From Dehalococcoidia bacterium (GTDB lineage: Bacteria; Chloroflexota; Dehalococcoidia; GIF9; UBA5629), in the NCBI GenBank assembly GCA_034435835.1, contig DAOTWF010000030.1, positions 69,069 to 133,068 of the forward strand: 64,000 nt of DNA. Direction: 5' to 3'. Positions 43,633 to 52,679 of the stretch are shown here, piece by piece. Below the pieces are notes generated by a model that ran no database searches, was not told the origin of the DNA, and saw only the letters and a list, made by a program, of their open reading frames with translations. The first letter of the stretch is position 1. Each line of letters begins with the position of its first letter. Position numbers and translations under genes: made by a program.

Positions 43633-45438
43633 TTATTGCTTCGCCGCATCATCTAGCTTCACCATAAGGTGAAGCTCATCAAGCTGGGACTGTGGTACCG
43701 GCGACGGTGAGCCGCTCATTACATCGACAGCGCTCTGGTTCTTGGGGAAAGCTATTACTTCCCTTATATTGTCAGCCCTGGCTAGTAACATGACTAGGCG
43801 ATCCACACCCGGGGCGATGCCGCCGTGAGGCGGTGCCCCATAGTCAAACGCCTCAAGGAGGTGGCCAAAACGCTCCTCGATCTCAGCATCATTATAGCCC
43901 AGCAGGCGGAATATCTTTTCCTGAAGAGGTCTGGTATGAATCCTGATGCTGCCGCTGGAAAGCTCGTAGCCATTGCACACAACGTCGTAGTGACGCGCCC
44001 GCACTTTAGCCGGGTCTGTATCCAGCAGGGGAATATCCTCCTCGCGTGGTGCCGTAAAGGGATGATGCATCGGCTCCCAGTGCCCTAGCTCCTCGTTCCA
44101 TTCCAGCAACGGATAGTCAATGACAAACAGAAACGCCAGTAGATCGGGTGCAGCCAGATCCAGCCGGTGCCCCATCTCCCTCCGCAGCTCGTCCAGCACT
44201 TTATTCACCACCTTCACCTCATCAGCTACCACAAGGATGAGGTCGCCGGGCTTTGCCTCGCATTTACGCAGGATCGCTTTCAGTTCATCGGCGCTCAAGT
44301 ATTTACTCACCACAGATTTGACCTTCTCCGGGCATGGCTGCTCAATGTTTTCATCAGCGGGCAGAGCTATGGTTATCAGCCCCTTAGCACCATAGGAACG
44401 GGCAAGCTGCGTCAGCTCTTCTATTTGCTTTCCCGAATAGCCAGCACAACCTGGTATACAGATAGCCTTCACCTTCCCACCGCTTTTGACGGCAGAACGA
44501 AATACGGAAAAGGAAGATTCAGCCACTATGGTTGAAATGTCCTTTAACTCCAGCCCGAATCGCATGTCGGGTTTATCTGTCCCATAGCGTTCCATAACCT
44601 CAGCGTAAGAAAGGCGCGGGAATGGCTTTATCACCTTCATATCCGGCTTCACCGTCTCCACCAAAGAGGTGAACATCTCCTCCAGCAATTGGAGTATATC
44701 CTCCTCGTCTATGAAACTCATCTCGATGTCGAGCTGGGTGAACTCCGGCTGTCTGTCAGCCCGCAGGTCCTCGTCCCGAAAACAGCGGGCTATCTGGTAG
44801 TACTTCTCAAAACCAGCCACCATGAGTAGCTGCTTTAGTTGCTGTGGCGATTGAGGTAAGGCATAGAATTTGCCCGGGTAAAGACGACTGGGCACCAGAT
44901 AGTCCCTCGCGCCCTCCGGCGTGCTCTTTATCAATATCGGCGTCTCAATCTCCACAAAACCCCTAGCATCGAGAAAATCGCGCATAAACTTGACCACCTT
45001 GTGGCGGAGCAGGATGTTCTCTTTCACCCTGGGACGCCGCAGATAAAGGTACCGGTATTTTAGATTTAAGTTCTCATCTATGGGCACATCTTCATTTATG
45101 TAAAATGGTGGTGTCTTCGCAGTGTTCAGGATACGGGTTTGTTCGGCAACCACCTCTATCTCCCCGGTGGGCAGCTTCAGGTTCTCAGTGCCCTTGGGGC
45201 GCAAAGCCACCTTGCCGCGCACCTGGACAACATACTCGTTGCGAAAATCGCTTGCCACCATATGGGCTTCTTCTGAGACTTCAGGATTGAACACCACCTG
45301 GACAATGCCTTCTTTGTCCCTCAGGTCAATGAATATCAAGCCGCCATGGTCGCGACGCCGGTGTACCCACCCGGCAAGCGTTACCACCTGGCCAGCATGC
45401 TCCCTCCCCAACTCACCACAGCTATGACTTTTAAGCAA
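43633..45438 (-). CDS. aspS: Aspartyl-tRNA synthetase
   Basis: I prefer the TTG start at 45438 ([11 protein letters not shown]) with an AAGGAGG RBS 6 nt upstream; the track's ATG at 45480 adds 14 atypical residues. The class II motifs [18 protein letters not shown] and [13 protein letters not shown] are present. Confidence 0.9.
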   Translation of the reverse strand: MLKSHSCGELGREHAGQVVTLAGWVHRRRDHGGLIFIDLRDKEGIVQVVFNPEVSEEAHMVASDFRNEYVVQVRGKVALRPKGTENLKLPTGEIEVVAEQTRILNTAKTPPFYINEDVPIDENLNLKYRYLYLRRPRVKENILLRHKVVKFMRDFLDARGFVEIETPILIKSTPEGARDYLVPSRLYPGKFYALPQSPQQLKQLLMVAGFEKYYQIARCFRDEDLRADRQPEFTQLDIEMSFIDEEDILQLLEEMFTSLVETVKPDMKVIKPFPRLSYAEVMERYGTDKPDMRFGLELKDISTIVAESSFSVFRSAVKSGGKVKAICIPGCAGYSGKQIEELTQLARSYGAKGLITIALPADENIEQPCPEKVKSVVSKYLSADELKAILRKCEAKPGDLILVVADEVKVVNKVLDELRREMGHRLDLAAPDLLAFLFVIDYPLLEWNEELGHWEPMHHPFTAPREEDIPLLDTDPAKVRARHYDVVCNGYELSSGSIRIHTRPLQEKIFRLLGYNDAEIEERFGHLLEAFDYGAPPHGGIAPGVDRLVMLLARADNIREVIAFPKNQSAVDVMSGSPSPVPQSQLDELHLMVKLDDAAKQ

Positions 45439-45460
45439 CGGGGACCTCCTTAACTGCGAA

Positions 45461-45490
45461 ATTATAGCCCACGGTAGCATTCCAACTCAA
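45461..45490 (-). promoter_or_regulatory. Candidate aspS promoter (TTGAGT-N18-TATAAT)
   Basis: The minus strand reads TTGAGTtggaatgctaccgtgggcTATAAT, about 20 nt upstream of the preferred aspS start. Motif match only. Confidence 0.4.
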
Positions 45491-45561
45491 TTTGGCGGCA
45501 GACAAAGGTCGCCGGACACAAATTCTAACCACAAAAAACCGGCAAACACAGCCCCACCCAT

Positions 45562-46743
45562 CTAGTCCGCATCTCCATGGTGGTCACGGGCTGTGCTCAA
45601 CCACTTCTGCTTCTGCGCTATCCTCTTTTCCTCATTGGTGACCCGGTAACTGGAAAGGAACTCCTTTTTGAGATCGCCAAAGGTATTGTTCTTTATGGCT
45701 TCTCTTATCCTCTCCATCAGCCTCATCATGAAGCGCACATTATGTATGGTAGCAAGTCGGTACACCAGCAACTCATCGCATCTGAAAAGATGGTGAAGAT
45801 AAGCCGCCGAGAAAGTGCGGCAGGTGTAACAATCGCACTCCGGGTCCACCGGCGAATCAGTATCCCTGAATCTAGCCTTGGTTATGTCCTGCCTGCCGCG
45901 GGCGGTGAACAGCGCCCCATTTCTGGCGACCCTAGTGGGCAGCGCACTGTCGAAAATGTCAATACCCTGGCTAACACCTTCAATTACATCCTCGGGCGAG
46001 CCCACCCCCATGAGGTAGCGAGGTCTATTTTCAGGTAGCGACAGCACCGTCTCAGTCACCATAGACCACATTACCGATTTCGGCTCACCTAGACTGAGCC
46101 CCCCGATAGCATAGCCATCGAAGTCGAGCGAGACGATCTGCTTTGCCGTCTGCTGCCGCAACTGGGGAAAAAGCCCGCCATGGACGATGCCGAAAAGCAT
46201 CTGGTCCGGCTTTTTATGACTTCCTTTAGAGGCCTCAGCCCATCGGTAGGTTCGCCTCACCGCATCAACCGCCTCCTCAGCGCTAGCACTTGACGGCGGA
46301 CAGTGATCCAGGGGCATGATTATGTCAGCACCCATCCTTTCCTGGAGCTCGATAACGCTCTCAGGAGTGAACTGGTGCTCACTGCCATCGATATGTGAGC
46401 GGAAAACCACACCCCCATCGTCCACCCGGCAGAGCCTTGCCAGGCTGAAGACCTGATAGCCGCCGCTATCGGTAAGTATAGGTCCCTCCCATTTCATAAA
46501 TTTATGTAGCCCGCCCACCCTCTTAATGATATCCACCCCAGGCCTTAAATAAAGATGGTACGCATTCGCCAGCACCATACTCACCCCTACATCTTTGAGG
46601 TCGTGGGGTGTAAGCGTTTTCACCGTGCCTCGGCTGCCCACCGGCAAAAACACCGGCGTCATCACCGCGCCGTGAGCCGTGCTGAGTTCCCCCAATCGCG
46701 CCCTGGTGGCGCTGCATGTCTCCATTACTCTAAAGCGGGTCAC
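45562..46743 (-). CDS. tgt: Queuine tRNA-ribosyltransferase (tRNA-guanine transglycosylase)
   Basis: 393 aa. TDSGGYQVFSL, YLMGVGSPEDV and the zinc site CDCYTC...H are present. Confidence 0.9.
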   Translation of the reverse strand: MTRFRVMETCSATRARLGELSTAHGAVMTPVFLPVGSRGTVKTLTPHDLKDVGVSMVLANAYHLYLRPGVDIIKRVGGLHKFMKWEGPILTDSGGYQVFSLARLCRVDDGGVVFRSHIDGSEHQFTPESVIELQERMGADIIMPLDHCPPSSASAEEAVDAVRRTYRWAEASKGSHKKPDQMLFGIVHGGLFPQLRQQTAKQIVSLDFDGYAIGGLSLGEPKSVMWSMVTETVLSLPENRPRYLMGVGSPEDVIEGVSQGIDIFDSALPTRVARNGALFTARGRQDITKARFRDTDSPVDPECDCYTCRTFSAAYLHHLFRCDELLVYRLATIHNVRFMMRLMERIREAIKNNTFGDLKKEFLSSYRVTNEEKRIAQKQKWLSTARDHHGDAD

Positions 46744-46746
46744 CTC

Positions 46747-47610
46747 TCAGAACAACCAGGCATCCAGAGCCATTGCGAGGAATACGATCCCGAGATAAGG
46801 ATAGGCAGACAACTTATAAAGCCGCCAGGCGGACTTCGCTGTAGTCGAGAACAAAAGGTTGCCGCTGGCGATGACCATAGCAGCACCGAAAATACCCGCC
46901 ACTACCAGATACAGCATGTGAAGTCCGGTGAAATAGAGCAGAATTGAGATCGAGTATAGTAGCAACGATAGACCAAACAGCGTCTTCACCACATTTTCGA
47001 CCGACCAGCTCAGAGGAAAGTATTTTAGACCAGCACCCAGATAGTCCTCCCGGTTGGCTATCATCACGCTCCATACATGGAGCGGCACCCATGCCATTAC
47101 CAGAAGACAGAGGAGGAGGATTTGCATGTCAAAGAATGGTTTAACAGCCAGCCAACCGATGAGCACCGGACTGCAGCTGGCGACCATGCCCAGGAAAGTA
47201 CAGGAGACCGTTTTTCTCCATATAGACGAAGCTATAGCACCTATGGCACCGACAGCAAAGCATAGCGGGTGTAAGAACCATGCCAGCACCAGACCAGCAA
47301 CGATAAGCCCCAGGACCAACGGCAACACCTTCTGCGCAGGAACGATACGCCCTGAAGGCAGGGCACGGCGGGCGGTCCTTTTCATCCGTGCGTCCACCTC
47401 CCTGTCGAGGTAATTGGTAAGACCATTGCAGCCGGCGCTCCCCAGTGCGATAGCCACCAGGACCAACGCCAGCCGCCCAGCCGCTATCTCCCCACCGGCA
47501 GCCAGTACCGCTGCACACCCCCCAATAAAGGTCAGTAGGAATGTAGCACCGGGCTTCAATACCTCGATGTAGTCAACGATTCCCCACGCGTAGGACACGC
47601 TGGCTCTCAA
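46747..47610 (-). CDS. UbiA-family prenyltransferase, closest in motifs to protoheme IX farnesyltransferase (heme O synthase, CtaB/CyoE-like)
   Basis: 287 aa with about 8 TM segments. NGLTNYLDREVDARMKRTARRALPSG is the first Asp-rich motif with a CtaB-like MxRT. WVPLHVWSVMIANREDYLGAGLKYFPL resembles the CtaB W.P.HFW...DY..AG.PM.P. Confidence 0.6.
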   Translation of the reverse strand: MRASVSYAWGIVDYIEVLKPGATFLLTFIGGCAAVLAAGGEIAAGRLALVLVAIALGSAGCNGLTNYLDREVDARMKRTARRALPSGRIVPAQKVLPLVLGLIVAGLVLAWFLHPLCFAVGAIGAIASSIWRKTVSCTFLGMVASCSPVLIGWLAVKPFFDMQILLLCLLVMAWVPLHVWSVMIANREDYLGAGLKYFPLSWSVENVVKTLFGLSLLLYSISILLYFTGLHMLYLVVAGIFGAAMVIASGNLLFSTTAKSAWRLYKLSAYPYLGIVFLAMALDAWLF

Positions 47611-49289
47611 TTCACCATCACCTCGCGTAGAACGCTCAAGACTACATCTTCTGGCACATCGCCGCGCACCACTGTCCTGCCTATGCCTTCGAGCAATATC
47701 CAGCGGATAGCCTTACTGCGCACCTTCTTATCCAGCTCCATAGCCCTGACTACATCAGACATTGCCACCCCAGAGCACCGCGTAGGCAGTCCAAACCTTT
47801 CCAGCAACACCCTCTGCCGCTCCACCACCCCCATGTCTATCAGTCCGAGCCTCAGACTTATTCCGGCTGCCGCCATCATGCCGACAGATACCGCCTCGCC
47901 ATGGAGAAAGCGTTCATACCTGGTTGCTGCCTCCAGAGCATGCCCCACAGTGTGTCCGTAGTTCAGGATCACTCGCCTCCCCGTCTCCTTCTCGTCTTCG
48001 CTGACCACCTGCGCTTTAATCGAGGCGCTCCGGGTAACAGCACAACGGAGGGCAGCAGGCTCCAGCGCCAGAAGCTCCTCCGCCTTATCCTCAAGAAACT
48101 GTACCAGACCAGCTTCCGCAATCAGACCGTGCTTGATCACCTCCGCCCAGCCCGACACCAGCTCGCGTTTGGGCAGTGTGGTCAGCGTCTCCAGGTCAGC
48201 TAGCACCAGGCTGGGCTGGTGAAAGGAACCGATCAGGTTCTTACCCAGGGGATGGTTTACCGCCACCTTGCCGCCGATGCTGGCATCGACCATAGCCATC
48301 AAGGTCGTTGGCACCTGTACCCAGTATATCCCACGCAAATATGTTGCCGCCACAAACCCGGCGAGGTCGCCAGCCATGCCACCACCCAGCGCCACGATAA
48401 CGTCCTTCCTTTCCAGCCGCCGCTCAATCAGAAAGTCGTATATTTTTATGGCTTGCACAATGCTCTTGGTAGACTCGCCAGAGGGCACGGTATATGTCTC
48501 TACGGCAAAGCCCGCCTCCTTCAAGCTGTCACGGACCTTTGCCCCGTAAATGGCAAACACCGACTCATCAGCGATCATAACCGCCATGCCCGACAAGCCG
48601 ACCTGTCTCATCCTTCTCCCGAGCTGCCCCAGTACTCCCCAGCCCACAAATATCGGATAGCGCGCCGTTCCCGTCACCACCACACACGCCGGTTCACCCC
48701 TGTCTGCATATATGGGCAAGCCACAGTCCTTCACCGCAGACTTCCAGGCATTTATCACCTCAAGACTGACCTCGAGGGTACCCAGCCTGTCAGTGTCCAC
48801 CGTCCGGTCAGCAACCGCATAAAAAGGCTGCCGTAGCTTTTTAAGCTCCCTGATACGCTCCAGCGGGTTGTCACCGGCAAGCAGGGGACGTACCACAGGA
48901 CTGGAGGACTCCTGTCCCTCAGCCAAGAGGCGCTGGCGTATGGTCTCGGGGGAAGCTTCCAGACAGATGACCACGCTGCAGTCCTGAAGAAGCTTCCGGT
49001 TCTCGGCATCAACAACTATGCCCCCGCCGGTGGCAATGACCTTGTTACTGGCATCCCTGCACACATGGTGCAGCACTTCACGCTCCAAGCGTCGGAACTC
49101 CCTTTCGCCATCGCGCTCGAAAATTTCCGGTATGCTTCTACCAGTTAGTCTGACCACCTCTTCATCGGTGTCCACATACTCCCACCCCAATAGTTCCGCC
49201 ACCTTTTTAGCCACCGAAGATTTCCCGGTGCCCGAAAAGCCTATCAGAGAAATGTTACTGCTCTTATGTGGATTGCCCATGTCCGCCAA
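47607..49289 (-). CDS. aroKB: Bifunctional shikimate kinase / 3-dehydroquinate synthase
   Basis: 560 aa. The N-terminal shikimate kinase has the P-loop LIGFSGTGKSS. The dehydroquinate synthase part has GGGMAGDLAGFVAATYLRGI, VDASIGGKVAVNH and HTVGHALE. Confidence 0.88.
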   Translation of the reverse strand: MADMGNPHKSSNISLIGFSGTGKSSVAKKVAELLGWEYVDTDEEVVRLTGRSIPEIFERDGEREFRRLEREVLHHVCRDASNKVIATGGGIVVDAENRKLLQDCSVVICLEASPETIRQRLLAEGQESSSPVVRPLLAGDNPLERIRELKKLRQPFYAVADRTVDTDRLGTLEVSLEVINAWKSAVKDCGLPIYADRGEPACVVVTGTARYPIFVGWGVLGQLGRRMRQVGLSGMAVMIADESVFAIYGAKVRDSLKEAGFAVETYTVPSGESTKSIVQAIKIYDFLIERRLERKDVIVALGGGMAGDLAGFVAATYLRGIYWVQVPTTLMAMVDASIGGKVAVNHPLGKNLIGSFHQPSLVLADLETLTTLPKRELVSGWAEVIKHGLIAEAGLVQFLEDKAEELLALEPAALRCAVTRSASIKAQVVSEDEKETGRRVILNYGHTVGHALEAATRYERFLHGEAVSVGMMAAAGISLRLGLIDMGVVERQRVLLERFGLPTRCSGVAMSDVVRAMELDKKVRSKAIRWILLEGIGRTVVRGDVPEDVVLSVLREVMVN

Positions 49290-50448
49290 AAGAGAGCGAA
49301 GAAATGTAGTTCCTGTAGTTCTCTAAAGTCTCTCTCAAATTGTCGCCGCCAAATTTCTCCAGCATCGCATCCGCCAGAACAATAGCCAGCATGGCTTCCC
49401 CAACCACACCGGCAGCCGGCACCACACAAATGTCGCTGCGTTCATAGTGGGCTTTCGTCGCCCTGCCGGCGCGCAGGTCAACCGTTGGGAGGGGTTTGCC
49501 CAGAGTAGCAATGGGCTTGACCACAGCCCGAACGACTATCGGTTCCCCGTTGCTTATACCACCCTCGATACCGCCAGCAAAATTGGTGGCACGACGCCAG
49601 GGATAAATCCCTTTTTTGCCACGGGCAGGCTTGATAACATCATGCGCCTGTGAGCCGTGGATACTCGCCAGAGAAAAACCAGCTCCTGTTTCAACGCCCT
49701 TGACTGCGTTTATGCTCATAATCGCCGCAGCGATACGGGCATCGAGGCGCCGGTCCCAGTGCACATGGCTTCCCAGCCCTATGGGGACGCCATCCGCCAC
49801 AACCTCAAAGATACCGCCCAGCGTGTCACCATCAGCTCTAGCCCTGTCAATGGCTGCCAGCATCGCCTTTTCCGCCTCAGGGTCAGCACAGCGTAATGGC
49901 GACTTCTCCACCTTTCGCCAATCTACATGACCTCTTATCTTAGACTCATGCCCGCCGATATTCACTGTGTGACTGTAAATAGCGATGTCGAACTCCTCGA
50001 GAAACCTACGGGCAATGGCACCGACCGCCACCCGTGCTGCAGTCTCCCGCGCACTGGCTCTTTCCAGTACAGTCCTGATATCATCAAGCCCGTATTTGAC
50101 CACACCTGCCAGATCTGCATGCCCCGGTCTGGGCGCAGTCAAGGGTGGTATCTCAACCTCGACAGGTGAAATACTCATCACCTCCTGCCATTCCTGCCAG
50201 ACACGGTTAGTCAGTATAAGCCCTATCGGGCTCCCGATGGTATAACCATGTCGCACACCCGAGACTATCTTGGCTTTGTCAGACTCCAGCTTCATCCGTT
50301 CGCTGCGACCGTACCCGCTTTGCCGCCTTCTCAGGTCGCGATGGATATACTCTTCAGAGAGCTGCAAGCCAGCCACCATACCTTCCAAAATCGCCAGCAG
50401 CCCCTGCCCATGCGACTCTCCAGCGGTCAAAAAGCGGAGTCTCCCCAC
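49264..50448 (-). CDS. aroC: Chorismate synthase
   Basis: 394 aa. LRFLTAGESHGQGL and RPGHADLAG are present. Confidence 0.92.
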   Translation of the reverse strand: MGRLRFLTAGESHGQGLLAILEGMVAGLQLSEEYIHRDLRRRQSGYGRSERMKLESDKAKIVSGVRHGYTIGSPIGLILTNRVWQEWQEVMSISPVEVEIPPLTAPRPGHADLAGVVKYGLDDIRTVLERASARETAARVAVGAIARRFLEEFDIAIYSHTVNIGGHESKIRGHVDWRKVEKSPLRCADPEAEKAMLAAIDRARADGDTLGGIFEVVADGVPIGLGSHVHWDRRLDARIAAAIMSINAVKGVETGAGFSLASIHGSQAHDVIKPARGKKGIYPWRRATNFAGGIEGGISNGEPIVVRAVVKPIATLGKPLPTVDLRAGRATKAHYERSDICVVPAAGVVGEAMLAIVLADAMLEKFGGDNLRETLENYRNYISSLSFGGHGQST

Positions 50449-50469
50449 TTGCTTGTTCCTCCTCTTAAA

Positions 50470-51378
50470 CTACCTATATTCGGGCTGCGGGTACGGGTTG
50501 CTCAAAATTTTCTCCACAACCACAGCCTCGGCCCCCAGCAGCCCTGCTCTTAACAAATCGGTTAGACTCAGCCCACCCAGCTTCAGAAATGTCTCCAGTA
50601 AAGACGGCACACGTGGCTTGTAATGCACAATCTTGGGTTCTTTTATACCAGCAAGCCCTGCTGCCACGTTTACCGCTTTATCTAGCCCGCCGAGTTCATC
50701 CACCAGGCCCAGCGCTTTCGCCTGCTCTCCGGTGTAAAGCTGCCCGGTGGCTAACTGCCTTACCTTCTGCTTATCCATACGCCTGCCTTCAGCCACGACA
50801 TCGAGGAACTGCTCATACAGCTGCCTGGTCATCTCCTGCATAAGCTCCTGTTCTTCGGGGGTCAGTTCTCTCAGCCCGGCATACATATCCTTGTGTTCCC
50901 CGGCTTTGAAGACCTGGACCTTGATTCCCAGTTTATCGTAGAGCCCCGCTATGTTCGGCACCTGGGCGAGCACCCCGATGCTCCCCGTCAGCGTCCCGGG
51001 CAAGGCTACAATTCTATCAGCCTTGGCGGATATATAATAACCACCTGAAGCCACCACATCGCCCATACTGACCACAATCGGCTTTTTCAGGCTCTTCAAT
51101 ATCTCAAGTATCTCCTGGCAGGCAGCCACACTGCCACCGGGGCTTTCTATCTGCAAGACCACAGCTCTGACGCCAGGGTCATTTTGTGCCCTTTCAAGCT
51201 GCTCACGCACCAGCGCCGGTGTTATCACCGCCCCACCAAAAAGCAGCCCGCTGGGTTCATGCTGGATGGGACCGCTCAGCGAGATCACCGCGACCTTGCC
51301 ATCCGCCGCTGTACACCCACCCAGCAGCATAGAAACCAGCAAGATGGATAAAGCCAATAACAGTAAACCGTTTTTCAT
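50470..51378 (-). CDS. sppA: Signal peptide peptidase SppA (36K type)
   Basis: 302 aa. It has an N-terminal TM segment, the ClpP/crotonase-fold S49 motif VASGGYYISAKAD, and GSIGV. Confidence 0.8.
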   Translation of the reverse strand: MKNGLLLLALSILLVSMLLGGCTAADGKVAVISLSGPIQHEPSGLLFGGAVITPALVREQLERAQNDPGVRAVVLQIESPGGSVAACQEILEILKSLKKPIVVSMGDVVASGGYYISAKADRIVALPGTLTGSIGVLAQVPNIAGLYDKLGIKVQVFKAGEHKDMYAGLRELTPEEQELMQEMTRQLYEQFLDVVAEGRRMDKQKVRQLATGQLYTGEQAKALGLVDELGGLDKAVNVAAGLAGIKEPKIVHYKPRVPSLLETFLKLGGLSLTDLLRAGLLGAEAVVVEKILSNPYPQPEYR

Positions 51379-52253
51379 ATACTAGCCCCTTTCTCAATAA
51401 GCGCCTTTTCTGCAGCTTGGAACATTATCTCAAGCGGAGGCTCTTTTCCGGTCCACAGTTTAAAAGCCGCAGCCCCCTGATATACCAGCATAGCCAGACC
51501 ATCTATAGTTTTCGCCCCCGCCCTTTTAGCCATTTTGAGCAAAGGTGTCTCACGAGGATTATACACCAAGTCGTAAACCAGAACACCACCCCCGAGCATA
51601 TCCTCGGTCAGGGGCGATCTTCCTTCCTCCGGAGTATGTCTCATACCCAGCGTAGTGCAGTTTACCACCAGCTGACACCTCGCCACTGCCCCTTTCAACC
51701 AGTCCTCCTCCCAAGGTACCACAACCATCTGGGTAACAAGGCCTGCCTCCCATGCGTATCTGGATAAATCTTTCACCAGCCGCTCGGCACGTGCTCTGGT
51801 GCGGTTGGCAACCATCAGCATTGCCAGTCTTTCACGGATAAGAGCGAAGCATACAGCCCTTGCTGCCCCTCCTGCCCCCAGTACCACCGCAACCTTTCCC
51901 CGCGGCTCAAACTCAGCCCTGCTTAAAGCAGCGAGGAAGCCGTCTACATCCGTGTTGTAACCCATTAGACTGCCATCTTCGTTGACAATGGTATTTACAG
52001 CGCCCACAGCACGCGCCAGGTCATCGAGGCTGTCTGCAAGGTGTACTACCTTCTCCTTGTAGGGAACAGTGACATTCGCCCCCAGGCTCTGCGGGACACG
52101 CAAGCCCTCTACAACCGACGGCAACAGCCTTTCCTCAGCCTCCAGCAGTTCGTAGCGTACATCGAGCCCGCAGTAGTCCAGAGCTGCCTGTTGAAACCCA
52201 GGAGAAATGGAATGCTTCAGCGGATAGCCGATTAAATAGATAGACCTCGTCAC
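51375..52253 (-). CDS. aroE: Shikimate dehydrogenase
   Basis: 292 aa. GYPLKHSISPGFQQAAL, NVTVPYKE, NTD and VLGAGGAARAV are present. Confidence 0.9.
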   Translation of the reverse strand: MTRSIYLIGYPLKHSISPGFQQAALDYCGLDVRYELLEAEERLLPSVVEGLRVPQSLGANVTVPYKEKVVHLADSLDDLARAVGAVNTIVNEDGSLMGYNTDVDGFLAALSRAEFEPRGKVAVVLGAGGAARAVCFALIRERLAMLMVANRTRARAERLVKDLSRYAWEAGLVTQMVVVPWEEDWLKGAVARCQLVVNCTTLGMRHTPEEGRSPLTEDMLGGGVLVYDLVYNPRETPLLKMAKRAGAKTIDGLAMLVYQGAAAFKLWTGKEPPLEIMFQAAEKALIEKGASI

Positions 52254-52672
52254 TGCTCCCCGCTTCGCAGGCTATCTAAATACCCCTGCAGTACAAAGGC
52301 AGCAGCCGCAGCATCGCGTACCAGCCGCCTGTGTCCTTTCTTCGCACCTGCCTGCAAAAGCAGGCGGTCAGCAGCATTGGTGGACAACCTCTCATCCCTC
52401 AGCTTGATATCAATCTGAAGACTTTCAGACAGCTTCCGTACAAAGTCGTAAACCTTCTCCGCCTGTGCACCAACTCCGCCATCCAGCGAATAGGGGAGCC
52501 CCACCACCACACAACCCACCCTATATTCACTTACCAGGCTGCAGATATGGTCGATAGCCCTGCTGTCGCTCACTCTGACAACAGTCGTTAACGGGCTGGC
52601 TAGCAGCCCCTCGGGGTCGCTCATAGCCACGCCTATCTTTTTATCCCCGACGTCCAGAGCCATCACGCGCAT
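52250..52672 (-). CDS. ruvX: Holliday-junction-resolvase-like nuclease RuvX (YqgF)
   Basis: 140 aa. VMALDVGDKKIGVAMSDP and DERLST are present. Confidence 0.88.
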   Translation of the reverse strand: MRVMALDVGDKKIGVAMSDPEGLLASPLTTVVRVSDSRAIDHICSLVSEYRVGCVVVGLPYSLDGGVGAQAEKVYDFVRKLSESLQIDIKLRDERLSTNAADRLLLQAGAKKGHRRLVRDAAAAAFVLQGYLDSLRSGEQ

Positions 52673-52679
52673 GCCTTTA

